45,126 bases of DNA from positions 39,220,847 to 39,265,972 of the forward strand of contig NC_068993.1 of NCBI RefSeq assembly GCF_001194135.2, in the 5' to 3' direction. Position numbers and translations under genes: made by a program. Position 1 is the stretch's first letter; every line of letters begins with the position of its first letter. The notes beneath the pieces are model-generated. The model did not search any database. It had not been told where the DNA came from and worked only from the letters and a program-made list of their open reading frames with translations. The stretch comes from Octopus bimaculoides. Taxonomy: Eukaryota. Below are positions 11,182-23,611 of the stretch, piece after piece.

Positions 11182-11430
11182 ATGCGCCCTTTTAAAGCCT
11201 AGCCAGGCTCATGGGCCCGGTTTCCCGGTTTCAATGGCGTATGTGTTCCCCAGCTGGACGGGACGCCAGTCCATCGCAGCGTTACTCATTTTTGTCATCT
11301 GAGTGGACTGGAACAATGTGAAATGAATTGTTTTGCTCAAGAACACAACGCGTCACCCGGTCCAGGAATCGAAACCACAATCTTACGATCATGATGCTGA
11401 CACCCTAACCACTAAGCCACGCGCCTCCAC
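11182..11430 (-). mobile_element. tRNA-derived SINE family B (CORE-like middle), well preserved
   Basis: Reverse strand: GGCGCGTGGCTTAGTGGTTAGGG (A box), GTTTCGATTCC (B box), TGTGTTCTTGAGCAAAAC, tail GCGATGGACTGGCGTCCCGTCCAG. Confidence 0.8.
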
Positions 11431-11457
11431 AGCAAAGATTTTAGCTTAATGTAAAAT

Positions 11458-11675
11458 GGTAGTTTCAAATTTTGGGAGAAGGCCAGTAATTGTGGGGAAG
11501 GGTGAAAATCGATTACATCCACTCCAGTGCTCAGCTGGTACTTATTTTATCGATTCCGTAAGAATGAAAGGCATTGTCGACCCCGGCAGAATTCGAACTT
11601 AAAACCATACAGACGGATGAAATGTCACTGAACACTTTGCCCAGCGTGCTAATGATTCTGTCAGCTCGCCGTCTT
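11458..11675 (-). mobile_element. tRNA-derived SINE family A
   Basis: Full family motif set in reverse. Confidence 0.8.
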
Positions 11676-12064
11676 AGTATAGTGCAAAAATATTAATATC
11701 TGAATCACTAACTGGAATAAACTGTCTGCTGAATTCTAAAACAGTTTGGAAAAGCTCCAAAAGTTTAAAGATGTGCTTATTACCTATGTCACTAAAATCA
11801 CCTGGTAACTGATAAACTGTTGTTTCAGAAGGGAAGAGTAAAAACGCTGCTTAATACCGAAAGTGATGGAACGGAAAATATCTTTATCGCGCTTACATAT
11901 CTTAGTATTTTTTCTTAGGTTTTGATAATTCATATTTCGGTTTGGCAAGATGTTTATGATCTTTAAGAGTAAAGTATGGCTCTCAAAATGCTAAATTTTC
12001 TAGACCATCGCATATATTTAGGCTGGTAGCTATTTCTTGTCTAGACTAATACTTAAAAAATTTT

Positions 12065-12085
12065 TGAATTTTCAGTGTAAATGCT

Positions 12086-12137
<52 letters not shown>

Positions 12138-12155
12138 TGAGTGTGTGTGTGTGTA
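12065..12155. repeat. (GT)n microsatellite
   Basis: Seen directly. Confidence 0.9.
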
Positions 12156-12469
12156 CACAACACTTATTAACTATCATGAAATCTATTTCATTGTCTTTAA
12201 TAAAGAATCATCAGTAAGTTTCATCAGTTTTAAGGAGTATATAAATGGGTAAATATTTACTTCAAACATATTATTGAAGGACTTTCAGGATCAGGAACAT
12301 GGCTCAGTGGATGAATCTACGGACATTTCGTTGTCCCCCCAAAAAATAAATTCGTAGTTTTATTCTGTAACTGCTTTATTCAAATTTATAGCGTGTTTAT
12401 TTATTTATTGAGAAACACATATCACCTGATGAATTCTAATTAACTATTTTTTCTAATTACCCTGCTGAG

Positions 12470-12657
12470 CAAAACACGTAGCGGCATTTCGTCCGGTTTT
12501 ACGTTCTGAGTTCAAATTCCGTCCAGGACGATTTTGCATTTCATCGTTCATCGTTTCGGGGTCGATAAAATAAGTACCAGTCGAACACTTGAGTCAATGT
12601 AATCGACTTACCCACTTCGCACAAATTGCTGGCCTTGTGCTAAAATTTGAAACCAAT
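12470..12657 (+). mobile_element. tRNA-derived SINE family A
   Basis: TACGTTCTGAGTTCAAATTCC...TTTCGGGGTCGATAAAATAAGTACCAG...GGCCTTGTGCTAAAATTTGAAACC. Confidence 0.85.
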
Positions 12658-13442
12658 AAGAGACGCAGTCAAATGTTTAGCATATCGGGTTCATATTCTT
12701 AAGGTTGTGGGTTCAGTTCCTGGAACAGGCGGCGCATTGTGTCCTTGATCATTACTCCAGCCTATTCGACCGAAACAAGGCCTTGTTTAATGCATCAGAA
12801 CTAAACTGGAACTCTTCCTTCATTTGTTACATCGTCGATATTCCACTTAGTCAAGAGTTGGAGGACTGAAAGGCGGTCTCTGTCTGATTGTGATTACATG
12901 GACATATTAAACAATTCCCTAGAACTTGTTGCATCTTACTAAGCAATACTTGCTTGAGAATGACAGCTATGGATGCTTATAGTGAAGCAATGTCATCATT
13001 CTCGTTTAATTCAGAGTGAGCCTTAATCACATAGACTTGTGATAAAATGTTTCTCTGATGTGAGCATCACACACTTTTGTGTATCAGGGTAAAATTGTTT
13101 TCTTGATTTCAGTATTTGTGCATGTTTTTCTGTCTATTTTCTTCGAATTTTGTTGACTGATAATCTTGAAATTTAAATATACAAAGATATGTCTGAAAAT
13201 AGCAGAAACATGACAAATTTTGATTGTATCCGAGCAGTGATTCATATATTAAAACTTGTTGACCAAGCACTTAACGAAACCTTGACTTTTTTATTATATC
13301 TTTTGGCGTCAGAAACATAATAGATAAATTTCTTATGCAAACCATTTGGGCTGTTATGAAAGAATGTACAGATCATTATTAAAATAGTTAACAAATATTC
13401 TCGTCTCTTTTTTAACCAAGCATATACACCACATATACTGAC

Positions 13443-14721
13443 ACACGCCTGTGGCCATGAGAATGAGATTGGGCCCCAACTATGTGAACCTGTTCGTTGG
13501 CTACGTTGAGGCCCAAATATTCTCAAGATTCACTGGTCCCACTCCCGAACTATACGGTCGTTATATTGATGACTGTATCGGTGCGACCTTACTCTCCCGC
13601 AAACAACTAGACTCCATCCTCTCTTTTGTACAATCCCTCCACCCTACTCTCGAATTCTTCTACACTATTTCCAACACTTCCGTCGCATTTTTCGACATTT
13701 CGGTCAACATACACAACTCCGGCCTCATTCCCTCCATTCACTACAAACACACCGACTCACACTCATATCTTAACTTCTCCTCCTCCCACCCTACCCACAT
13801 CAAGCCCTCCATCCCTTACTCCCAGTTCCTCCGACTGCGCAGGCTCTGCAGTGACAGCCATGACTTTGAGACTCAGTCTCAATTCATGGCTCACCGCTTC
13901 ATCCTTCGTGGATATCCCCTCACCGCTATTCACACAGCCCTCGCTAGAGCACTTCCGTGGACCGTGCATCTGCTCTCTCTCCCCGTACCTGCCCCACCGT
14001 TTCCCGTTTCCTCTCACCTACTACCCCTCCACCCTGCCTCTCCAACGCACCATTCTCCAATCCTTCCGGCGACTCCAGTGCGACCCCACCACTTCATACA
14101 TCTTCACCAACCTACCTCTTCCCTCCTTCAAACGAGCCTAAAACCTGTGTAACCTTCTGGTCCACAGTTTCTTTCCTAACCCCACCTCCCAACCTTACTC
14201 ATTCCCCTGCTCTCGCCCATGTTGCTGCACTTGCCCCTGTCTCGCCAACACCACCATCCTCACAGGAACCCATCATTGTCCCTATAATATCACCGACTTC
14301 TTTACATGCACTTCTAGCAACGTCATTTACTGCACCTTCTGCCCTTCTATGTACATCGGTCAAACGGGACGCCGCTTGACTGACCGATTCGCAGAGCACT
14401 TCTGAAACATCAGACTCAGCAATGATACCTCGGTCTTACGCCATTCACCACAACACCTGTCTGGGTTCGGATTGATTTTGAACAGGGGCCATCCGGATTC
14501 CCGCCTTCGCCGTGAACAGGTATTAATCTTCTCTCTTCGCTCCTTTGCGTCACATGAGCTCAACTCTCCTCCTCTCCTTTCTTCATCTTACACCTACTTC
14601 GTCTCTTCTCTCTTACCAACCTCTCCTCTCTTACTCCTACCCACCTCTCTTCATTGAAACCGCTTCATCCACCCCGAACCCACACATCCCACTCCCACAT
14701 ACTCCACCCTCACCCCACCTC
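13443..14721 (+). mobile_element. 5'-truncated Penelope-like retroelement (RT C-terminal half + GIY-YIG endonuclease), pseudogenised
   Basis: AMRMRLGPNYVNLFVGYVE...RYIDD...YKHTDSHSYL..SSSHPTHIKPSIPYSQFLRLRRLCSD. After frameshifts and stops: PCSRPCCCTC, FTCTSSNVIYC..CPSMYIGQTGRRLTDRFAEH, EQVLIFSLRS...LN. A C/T-rich 3' tract runs into a gap. Confidence 0.92.
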
Positions 14722-15229
14722 NNNNNNNNNNNNNNNNNNNNNNNNNNNNNNNNNNNNNNNNNNNNNNNNNNNNNNNNNNNNNNNNNNNNNNNNNNNNNNN
14801 NNNNNNNNNNNNNNNNNNNNNNNNNNNNNNNNNNNNNNNNNNNNNNNNNNNNNNNNNNNNNNNNNNNNNNNNNNNNNNNNNNNNNNNNNNNNNNNNNNNN
14901 NNNNNNNNNNNNNNNNNNNNNNNNNNNNNNNNNNNNNNNNNNNNNNNNNNNNNNNNNNNNNNNNNNNNNNNNNNNNNNNNNNNNNNNNNNNNNNNNNNNN
15001 NNNNNNNNNNNNNNNNNNNNNNNNNNNNNNNNNNNNNNNNNNNNNNNNNNNNNNNNNNNNNNNNNNNNNNNNNNNNNNNNNNNNNNNNNNNNNNNNNNNN
15101 NNNNNNNNNNNNNNNNNNNNNNNNNNNNNNNNNNNNNNNNNNNNNNNNNNNNNNNNNNNNNNNNNNNNNNNNNNNNNNNNNNNNNNNNNNNNNNNNNNNN
15201 NNNNNNNNNNNNNNNNNNNNNNNNNNNNN

Positions 15230-15262
<33 letters not shown>

Positions 15263-16479
15263 ATATACATACATGTATACATGCATGCATACACGCACAC
15301 TCACACACGTATATAAAGTACATAAAGTGTTTTTTTTTATAATTTCAACATTTTCTTGCATATAATTAATAATAGCAATCATTCTATATTACAGAATCCG
15401 AAATTAGATATGTCATCCATAACTTAAGCCCATTTCAATGAATCTTAAGGTTTCGATAGAAAATTTTATGTCATAAGCTGTTAGATATAAATAAAAGAAG
15501 CTTAATAATGGTGAATTCGCCTCAAGTGTTTCTGACAAGAATAACGTAGACGTACACATACTTGCTATAGCTTTGAAGTGCTTGTTCAATTTTTTTTCCT
15601 TCTTAACTTATTCTTATCTCAAATAAGTCTGCACATATTCTCCGATAGCTCTTAGTCTCATCTGACTCTTTCCTGTCATATGTACAGTACGTGCACGCAT
15701 ACATACATACATACAAATAAGTATACACAGACACACATGGTGATTAAGAGAGAAAGCAGGAAATTACTGGTACAGCCTGGACCATATCCAAACGGAAGTA
15801 GGCAGTAGGCATTGCAGCTTTTAGTTGGCGCTCAGGAGAATCATTCTAAACAATTCCCACAATGAGGGTGCTTTCCTGAACTCAAAAAATTCGTATGCTG
15901 CTCTCATGAGCGGAAATTCGTTTTGACAACGTGGACATTTTTGGACAAGGGAATGACATACTTGCGCACACACACACACACAACTAACACGCTTTAACCA
16001 TGGCTCACACTGACTGATGCAAAGTGACTCTCCTTACCCTCCCGGAAAATGTTATAATTTTTCACTATGTTTCGTTCTGTTACTTTTTACAAATATTGAG
16101 CCAAACAGAGAATATATATATATACATCTCCAGCATAAAAGAGGCTATGAGGCCAGCATGTCTTCAGTAATGCCAAGGGCCAACAGTCAGCATGAATCTG
16201 ATGGTAACATTCACACAAGCTATATGCTATAATCAGCAATATACTGCTCAGAGATATATAGTAAAAATTGTATTTGTGTGCTTATGTGTGTACATGCACA
16301 TCGTCGATGTTAGTGATAGTATTTTACAGTTCGTACATCTAAATAATGTACATATTTGAAGGTTAGTATGTGGATAGATTTATATATAAGTTGCTATATG
16401 TGCCTATGATGGTGAATGCTTATACATGGTTGCATTATTTTTCTGTGTGCACGTATGCCTGTATGACGAAGACCGGTGT

Positions 16480-16575
16480 AGAAACGACAAGCAAGGGTTT
16501 TAGTTTGTCGCTCGGGAAAATGGAAAAGTCTTCTACGTTTCGAGCCTACGCGCTTATATATATCAGTCTGTCTAG
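16480..16575 (-). repeat. Degenerate hammerhead-like / Penelope terminal-repeat remnant
   Basis: Reverse complement CTGATatatatAAGCgcgtagGCTC-GAAACGTA: GAAAC with palindromic ACGT, but the CUGAnGA core is disrupted. Confidence 0.35.
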
Positions 16576-17190
16576 CTGATGCATGCACTTACATACACAC
16601 ATGCGTGCATACATAACACGCACACAGATGTAATATATCCATAACATTATCTATATCTACATCTGTTTACGTATGTATGTATCTGTCTATCCACGTATAT
16701 ATGTGTGCGTATATGTATATGTGTGAGTTCATGTGTATAAATGCGCGTGGTGTATATGTGTGTGTGCCTGCGTCAGTGCTCTCTGTGTCTTTTAGTAGCG
16801 GTGTTATGAATGACCTAAACATAAACACAAACATAAGTATAAAACAAAACAAAAAATCTCCTGTGACCAAACCCCTACCTTATATTAGCAACATATCAAT
16901 AATTACTACGAGCTTAGTACTCATACCTGTATTAAGATGTTTAGTCTGTACGTGATGTCTGTCTGCCATTGTTGTCTGTATTTTGCATACAACCACCCAT
17001 CTTTACCTTTTTCACAAAACTGTTGGTATATTTACACACACAAGGTAAACATAAATACATATATACCTGTATATATATAACTGCCAATGCGCACATAACA
17101 CACCTTTGTATATTTACTCTCACACTTACATCACTCCACCTTGCTATGTTTCCTTTCCCTGTCTCTTTCTCTGTCGCTTTTTACCGATAC

Positions 17191-17242
<52 letters not shown>

Positions 17243-17594
17243 NNNNNNNNNNNNNNNNNNNNNNNNNNNNNNNNNNNNNNNNNNNNNNNNNNNNNNNNNN
17301 NNNNNNNNNNNNNNNNNNNNNNNNNNNNNNNNNNNNNNNNNNNNNNNNNNNNNNNNNNNNNNNNNNNNNNNNNNNNNNNNNNNNNNNNNNNNNNNNNNNN
17401 NNNNNNNNNNNNNNNNNNNNNNNNNNNNNNNNNNNNNNNNNNNNNNNNNNNNNNNNNNNNNNNNNNNNNNNNNNNNNNNNNNNNNNNNNNNNNNNNNNNN
17501 NNNNNNNNNNNNNNNNNNNNNNNNNNNNNNNNNNNNNNNNNNNNNNNNNNNNNNNNNNNNNNNNNNNNNNNNNNNNNNNNNNNNNNNNNNNNNN

Positions 17595-17626
<32 letters not shown>

Positions 17627-17629
17627 GTA

Positions 17630-17815
17630 CACGATGGCCGTCCTTCAGTTTTTGTCTACCAAACCCACTCACAAGGCGCTGATCGGCCCGAGGCTATAGT
17701 AGAAGACACTTGCCCAGGGTGCCATGCAGTGGGACTGAAGCCGGAACTAACCACATCTTTAAATAATAATGCCTTGTGAGTGGAATTTGTAGACGGAAAC
17801 TGAAAGGAGCCTATA
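17630..17815. mobile_element. Two CORE-like SINE segments in inverted orientation
   Basis: CTTCAGTTTTTGTCTACCAAACCCACTCACAAGGC (about 17643-17677) versus GCCTTGTGAGTGGAATTTGTAGACGGAAACTGAAAG (17771-17806); GACACTTGCCCAGGGTGCCA core. Confidence 0.75.
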
Positions 17816-17954
17816 TTGTATGTGTATATATATATATATGTATTGTATGTATCTATATAAGTATAGTGTGTGTGTGTGTGTTCCCCTCCGGGGTACAAGT
17901 CTGGAGGGAAAGTCGCCTCACCGGCGAACGCACAATCTAGGGTTGTTTTTATCG

Positions 17955-18190
17955 AAGGCCAGCAGTCATCCATGAATACTGGCTTCCTCTCTCCACGCCA
18001 CCAGTGTTATCCAAGGGAAAGGCAAAGGGGCCGATACAGCTTGGCACCTGTGACGTTGAAACTCATTTCTACAGTTGAGTGACTTGGAGCAATGTGAAAT
18101 AAAGTGTCTTGCTCAAGAACACAACACGCAGTCTATCAGGGAATCGGACTACCAACCTCATGATCTAACCAGTGAGCCGCGTGCCTCCAC
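17955..18190 (-). mobile_element. SINE family B variant
   Basis: GAAATAAAGTGTCTTGCTCAAGAACACAAC core in reverse; tail TGTTATCCAAGGGAAAGGCAAAGG shared with 24720-24972. Confidence 0.75.
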
Positions 18191-18244
18191 ACACACATAC
18201 ACACACACAGAGACACACACACACACACACACACATATAACGGG

Positions 18245-18470
18245 CATGTTTCTACCTGTGGGCGTCTGTGTTTATCTCCCACCACCATTTAACAAATGGT
18301 GTTAGTGTCTTCACGTCCCGTAACTTAGCGATTCGGCAAAAGAGCCGTTAGTATAAATACCAGGCTTGAAATTAAAATAAGCACTGCGGTCGATCTATTG
18401 AACTAAAATATTCTAAGTGGCGCCCAAAATGGCGGCAATCTAATGACCAAAACAAGTAAAAGATCGTAAA
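18245..18470 (+). mobile_element. SINE 3' module
   Basis: CGTAACTTAGCGATTCGGCAAAAGAG...AAACAAGTAAAAGA; same module at 30321-30480. Confidence 0.65.
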
Positions 18471-18480
18471 ATGCGCGCGC

Positions 18481-18516
<36 letters not shown>

Positions 18517-18539
18517 CATATAAAAATGGGATAAAAACG

Positions 18540-18665
18540 CAAAACATCCAGATAGACAATACAAAGAAAACAAGGACGGGGCATTCGGAGTTTTCATGAT
18601 AAAACTCCGAGTTTCGGATGTCGGGGCGGAAACCCATGCCGCCATCTTTTCAGTTATTTGGCCAT
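18540..18665 (-). repeat. Degenerate hammerhead-like remnant
   Basis: Reverse complement AATAA-CTGAAAA-GATGGCGG...CCGACATCC-GAAA-CTCGGAGT-T-TTAT: stem II, III and I pairings are possible but the core is imperfect. Confidence 0.3.
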
Positions 18666-18675
18666 AGAAAAAATG

Positions 18676-18712
<37 letters not shown>

Positions 18713-18808
18713 NNNNNNNNNNNNNNNNNNNNNNNNNNNNNNNNNNNNNNNNNNNNNNNNNNNNNNNNNNNNNNNNNNNNNNNNNNTGTGTGTGTGTGTG
18801 TGTGTGTG

Positions 18809-18854
<46 letters not shown>

Positions 18855-19551
18855 CAGCAAATAGCTATACAGATACTGTTTTTGCGTGAAGATGCATATG
18901 CATATATACATACATACATACACACACACACGCATATACATACACAAAACCATACACATGTATACACACCCATATGGATATTACATTTTCATTGAAAAGA
19001 AACGATTCCATCTAGCCAATCAGAAACCCAAGCTATTCTTATGAAAGTTTATTTAGCCGAGATCTGACTCAAACAAGTTTCTAATGATGTTTGTCCGTAT
19101 CTTCGTTCGTCAACTAAATGACAACAAAAGATTTACCGCTCGTATTAACGTGTGTAGGCTGGAAAGATCAAAACATTTTAATGAATGGCTTTTACTCTTT
19201 CGTTGAGGTATTTTGAAACAAAGACTAACAGAATCTCGGTCATTTTTACATAACAGGTTTTCTTTATATCGCAGAATCGCCGCAGCCTTATATGGAAGAT
19301 AAGATGTGAAGTGTTATACAAAGAGGTGTATACAGCTATTTATGAATGAGAGGAATAGTGTGAAGAAGAGGACGAAGAAATGGGTTGAAGTTATTCAGAA
19401 GCTATTTATTAAATGAGATTAGGTAGGAACTTGGTGTTGATTGTAAGAGAGTTCTCTGATGAGGCTACAGTAGCAACACTTGGCCTTGTTGTAAGGAGAG
19501 AACTGAACAGTAAGTATCTTTATTATGTATCATTGTTAAAAAAAAAAACGG

Positions 19552-19717
19552 AAGGTGGGGAGCTCTACGTTCTGAGTTCAAATACCGCTGGGGTTGACTT
19601 GCCTTTCATCCTTTCGGGGTTGATGAAATAAAAAACCATTTTGAGCACTGGGGTCGACCTTACTGACTTAGCCCCTCACCCAAAATTACTGGCCTTGTGC
19701 CAAAATTTGAAGCCATT
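19552..19717 (+). mobile_element. tRNA-derived SINE family A (head partly deleted)
   Basis: CGTTCTGAGTTCAAAT...GCCTTTCATCCTTTCGGGGTTGAT...GGCCTTGTGCCAAAATTTGAA. Confidence 0.8.
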
Positions 19718-19734
19718 ATTACTGATTGTAAATT

Positions 19735-20690
19735 ATTATGCTGATTTGTTTTATACAACTGTTCATCGTCATCTTCAACAACGTGGAAAGGTTCTTAAAC
19801 TTGGAAAATGGGTGCCTCAAGAACTGTCCGAAAGCAACCACAAATCCCAAGTTGACATCTGCTCTTCTCTCCATTCTTGCGAACTCATTTCACCCTTTTT
19901 GGATAGTCTTGTGACTGGTGACGAAAAATGAAACTTCTATCGAAATGTTAAACGTCGTAAACAGTGGCTTGATAAAAGGGAAAAAGCTCAACCACAACCG
20001 AGAAGGGAACTTCATGGGAAAAAGGTTCTTCTCTCTATCTGGTGGGATTGCAAAGGAGTAATTAACTTTGAATTGTTACCACCTAATGCAACAATCAATG
20101 CTCAAGTCTACTGTCANNNNNNNNNNNNNNNNNNNNNNNNNNNNNNNNNNNNNNNNNNNNNNNNNNNNNNNNNNNNNNNNNNNNNNNNNNNNNNNNNNNN
20201 NNNNNNNNNNNNNNNNNNNNNNNNNNNNNNNNNNNNNNNNNNNNNNNNNNNNNNNNNNNNNNNNNNNNNNNNNNNNNNNNNNNNNNNNNNNNNNNNNNNN
20301 NNNNNNNNNNNNNNNNNNNNNNNNNNNNNNNNNNNNNNNNNNNNNNNNNNAGAAGTTCGAAAAGCTTGGTTGGGAAAAAATTCCTCATCCGCCTTATTCT
20401 CCCGACCTTGCTTCTTCAGACTACCATTTGTTTCGTAGTTTACAGAATCATTTGGGGGGGGACATAACTTTCACAAGCCAGGAGGAGGTCGAAACTGACA
20501 TTTCAAAGTTCTTCGCTTTGAAACTAAAAGAATTTTACATTGATGAGATTAAAAAGCTTGTAAATAGATGGAAGAAAGTCATAGATAATCAAGGAAAGTA
20601 CATTGATGATTAAATTTCAATTAAATATAACATTTTATCACTTGTTTTGTTTATTCAAAATTCGAACAGAACTTATGGGATGACCTAATA
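19735..20690 (+). mobile_element. Mariner (DD34D-type) transposon, 5'-truncated pseudogene spanning a gap
   Basis: KLGKWVPQEL, LVTGDEK*, KKVLLSIWWDCKG, HPPYSPDLASSDYHLFRSLQNHL, stop at 20611-20613; 3' TIR-like AAAATTCGAACAGAACTTATGGGATGACCTAA followed by TA (20689-20690). Confidence 0.92.
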
Positions 20691-21666
20691 TTTTTTGAAT
20701 GCTTACTTTCAAACTTTCTTTTACAGTTTCTGCTGATAATGCCAAGTAATGAAATCAAAAACGTCAGGAAACCTCTTGTTCGCTATTTGTGCATACTCAC
20801 ATTCAAAGGCTGCCCTTAATTTATTGACTGTTCGCGCTTTTGTACTGCAAACTTCTTATTTTAAATATTTCCATTAAAGAAGGTCTAGTGTGTGAGGTCT
20901 GGTGAAAGCGGAGGGTTATTTAACTGAACCGCTTCGTCCAGTCCACCTATTTGACAAAAATCTCATCAAAATAAGACTTATCTCTTGCTGGAAATAAAAT
21001 TCCACATAGTCCTCTTGAATGCTTGGCATAAGAGATTGTGGTAGCAAGTTCAAGTAAATAAGACCAGTCACGGTTCCATCAAGAAATAATGATTTAATTA
21101 ATCCTTTGATGATAAACCACACTACACTGCCTCATCACTCCAAAAAAATCTTTGTTGGAAAGTGTGCATTTTCTCCACATCTTTCCAAGTACCTCTCGCA
21201 AAACTACGCCCTTCGTACCGGATCATCATTTTTGAGAGTATGTGCTATTTTTGGAATGTATCTTTTCCAATGACATCGCTTCAAATTGCGATGGATCCTT
21301 GATTTTAAAATTCCCATCTCATGACTCGCCTTGCCGCACAGATTTTCTATGCCTTTTTCGAACTCTTTCTTGTTTTGTGAGGCTTGTCTGTATTCGCCGT
21401 CTTCCAGAACGTTTGTTGTGGACATTCTAAATACTTCCATCTCTTTCAAGTTTATCTTCAATTCGAGTGATGCTTGAAATTCTTTCCTAAACAGTCTTTG
21501 CACTTCAACTGCGTTTACAAATTCCAGTAGCACTTCAGAATAATTTTTCTTTTCGTCCACAGCTTAACTGGGCTCCCTTCATTATTTCTAATGGGTTAAA
21601 TCTAAAAAGAAATGAAAAGTGAGTTATCAGCTGTTCCATTGTGCATACACGTTTAGGGACACCTTG
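20691..21666 (-). mobile_element. Degenerate Tc1/mariner-superfamily transposon (maT/rosa-like, DUF4817-type)
   Basis: Minus-strand peptides [46 protein letters not shown]...[15 protein letters not shown] and a degenerate PPRSPDL; 5' end CAAGGTGTCCC. Confidence 0.75.
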
Positions 21667-21758
21667 GTGATATCACTTTTAATGGGTGTAAAAGCATCAA
21701 ATATGAATAAATGAAATGAGGTAAAAATAAACAGTTTCATATTATTTAAGAATGTGTT

Positions 21759-21978
21759 AAGATGGCGAGCTGGTAGAATCATTAACGCGCTGAACAAAAT
21801 GCTTAACAGCATTTCCTCTGTTTTTACGTTCTGAGTTCAAATTCCACCGAGCTTGACATTGCATTTCATACTTTTGTGGTTGATAAAATAAGTACCAGTT
21901 GAACTCTGGGGGTCAATATAATCTACTTAGCCACTCATCCTAACTTTTTGGCCTTGTGCCAAAATTTGAAATCAGTAT
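21759..21978 (+). mobile_element. tRNA-derived SINE family A
   Basis: GGCGAGCTGGTAGAATC head through GGCCTTGTGCCAAAATTTGAAA tail. Confidence 0.85.
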
Positions 21979-22649
21979 TTAGGAACATGATGACATGCAT
22001 CAATTTTAACGTACCGTCAAGAATGTATTTCACAGAATGAACAACAAGGAGATGTTCGCTTATTCTGAGATGACACTTGTGCTAAACTGCACTGGCCTGA
22101 ATCAGTGGACTTCTTGGACGACATTGTTAGCAAGGAAACAGAAGACTTGCATTCTTTTACAAAGAGAAAAAATATCTTGTGCAAGCCTGCATGAACATGA
22201 GATGAAGAGCCTACCTCGGTCTACGAGGGCTCCTACCTCCAACCATTCTCCCCACCCTCTTTCTATCTCAGTCTTCCTGTCCCTCCCCTTCTTTCCCTCT
22301 CTGTTTTCTGTTTTCCGTCAAATTAATATTCCTTTACTCGTACCCATCATGTCTCCCTAGCCCACAAGCTCCGAAGATCCTTCGCCTCTGTGCCCCAATA
22401 CTATTAACTTACTCTTCCCTTCTTTTTTTTTTCTATTCTTTCTTCTGTTATATTTAGCCCTCCCTTTCTCCCACCTCTATTATATACTCTTTACTTTCCA
22501 GGACGTCTGACCTTTTCTTGTCAGCAATTTGGAGCTGAGTAAGCTATGTAGCCCCTGTCACTGACGTCGTCATCATCTTCGTCATCATCGTCATCGTCGC
22601 CTTCATCATCGTCATTGTCATCGTCGTCGTCATCATTGTCATTATTATT

Positions 22650-23008
22650 GAGCTGGCAGAATCGTTAGCATGCTGGACGAAATGAGACCGATAAGTTAAG
22701 TACCAGTGAAACACTGGGGTCTATGTAATCGATTATTCCCCTCCCCCAAAATTTCAAGTCTCGTACCTATAGTAGAAAAGATTATTTTAAAAAGGCAGCA
22801 AATTGGCAGAATCGTTACCACACTGGGTAAGATGCTTAGCGACATTTCGTCCATTTTTACGTTCTGAGTTCAAATTCCGCCGAGGTTGACTTTGTCTTTC
22901 ATCCTTTCGTGGGGTCGATAAAGTAAGTAACAGTTGTACACTGGAGTCGATGTAATCGACTCACCTCTTTCCCCAAAATTGCTGCCCTTGTGGCAAAATT
23001 TGAAGCCA

Positions 23009-23012
<4 letters not shown>
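22650..23012 (+). mobile_element. Two tandem SINE family A copies (first internally deleted)
   Basis: Two heads (GAGCTGGCAGAATCGTT and AATTGGCAGAATCGTT) and two AAGTA(C/A)CAG cores. Confidence 0.8.
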
Positions 23013-23052
<40 letters not shown>

Positions 23053-23611
23053 TTCCTTTTTGGAAGATCTTTTTTTTTTTCTTTCTTNNNNNNNNNNNNN
23101 NNNNNNNNNNNNNNNNNNNNNNNNNNNNNNNNNNNNNNNNNNNNNNNNNNNNNNNNNNNNNNNNNNNNNNNNNNNNNNNNNNNNNNNNNNNNNNNNNNNN
23201 NNNNNNNNNNNNNNNNNNNNNNNNNNNNNNNNNNNNNNNNTACTCTCACCTCTACAATTGTTAATATAGTCACATCATTGTTTTGTATTATTGTTGTTGC
23301 TGTTACAGTTGCTGTCATTGTTGCTGCCGCCGCCGTCGTCGTTGTTGTTGTTGTTGTTGTTGCTGGTGAGAGGGATGAAGGTATTGGCATCCACGAAGCG
23401 TGCCCACCACCCTGGAACAGCCCTCACTTTGTTTCTTCACTGTGTATATCATTACAAGCCATGCTTAACTTACTGGAACAGAGCAATCTCAAAACAGATT
23501 GTTACACACATACACACACACACACACACACATACGTACCATTTTTTTTTTGACATGCCTGGTTAAACTATATGAATGGATGTATATGTGTATACATATG
23601 TGTGTATATTA

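Noticed and set aside
12420-12450. Isolated CTGATGA
   Set aside because: No stem II or GAAA follows.
13180-13440. Possible transposase fragment upstream of the Penelope element
   Set aside because: Only vague motif resemblance, with multiple stops.
15800-15960. Minus-strand CPRCQNEF... open stretch
   Set aside because: There is no acceptor tract, no recognisable domain, and it is short enough to arise by chance.
19450-19505. CTGATGA followed by a short stem (GCTA-cag-TAGC)
   Set aside because: The required GAAA is absent and stem I is not adjacent; at best a very decayed remnant.
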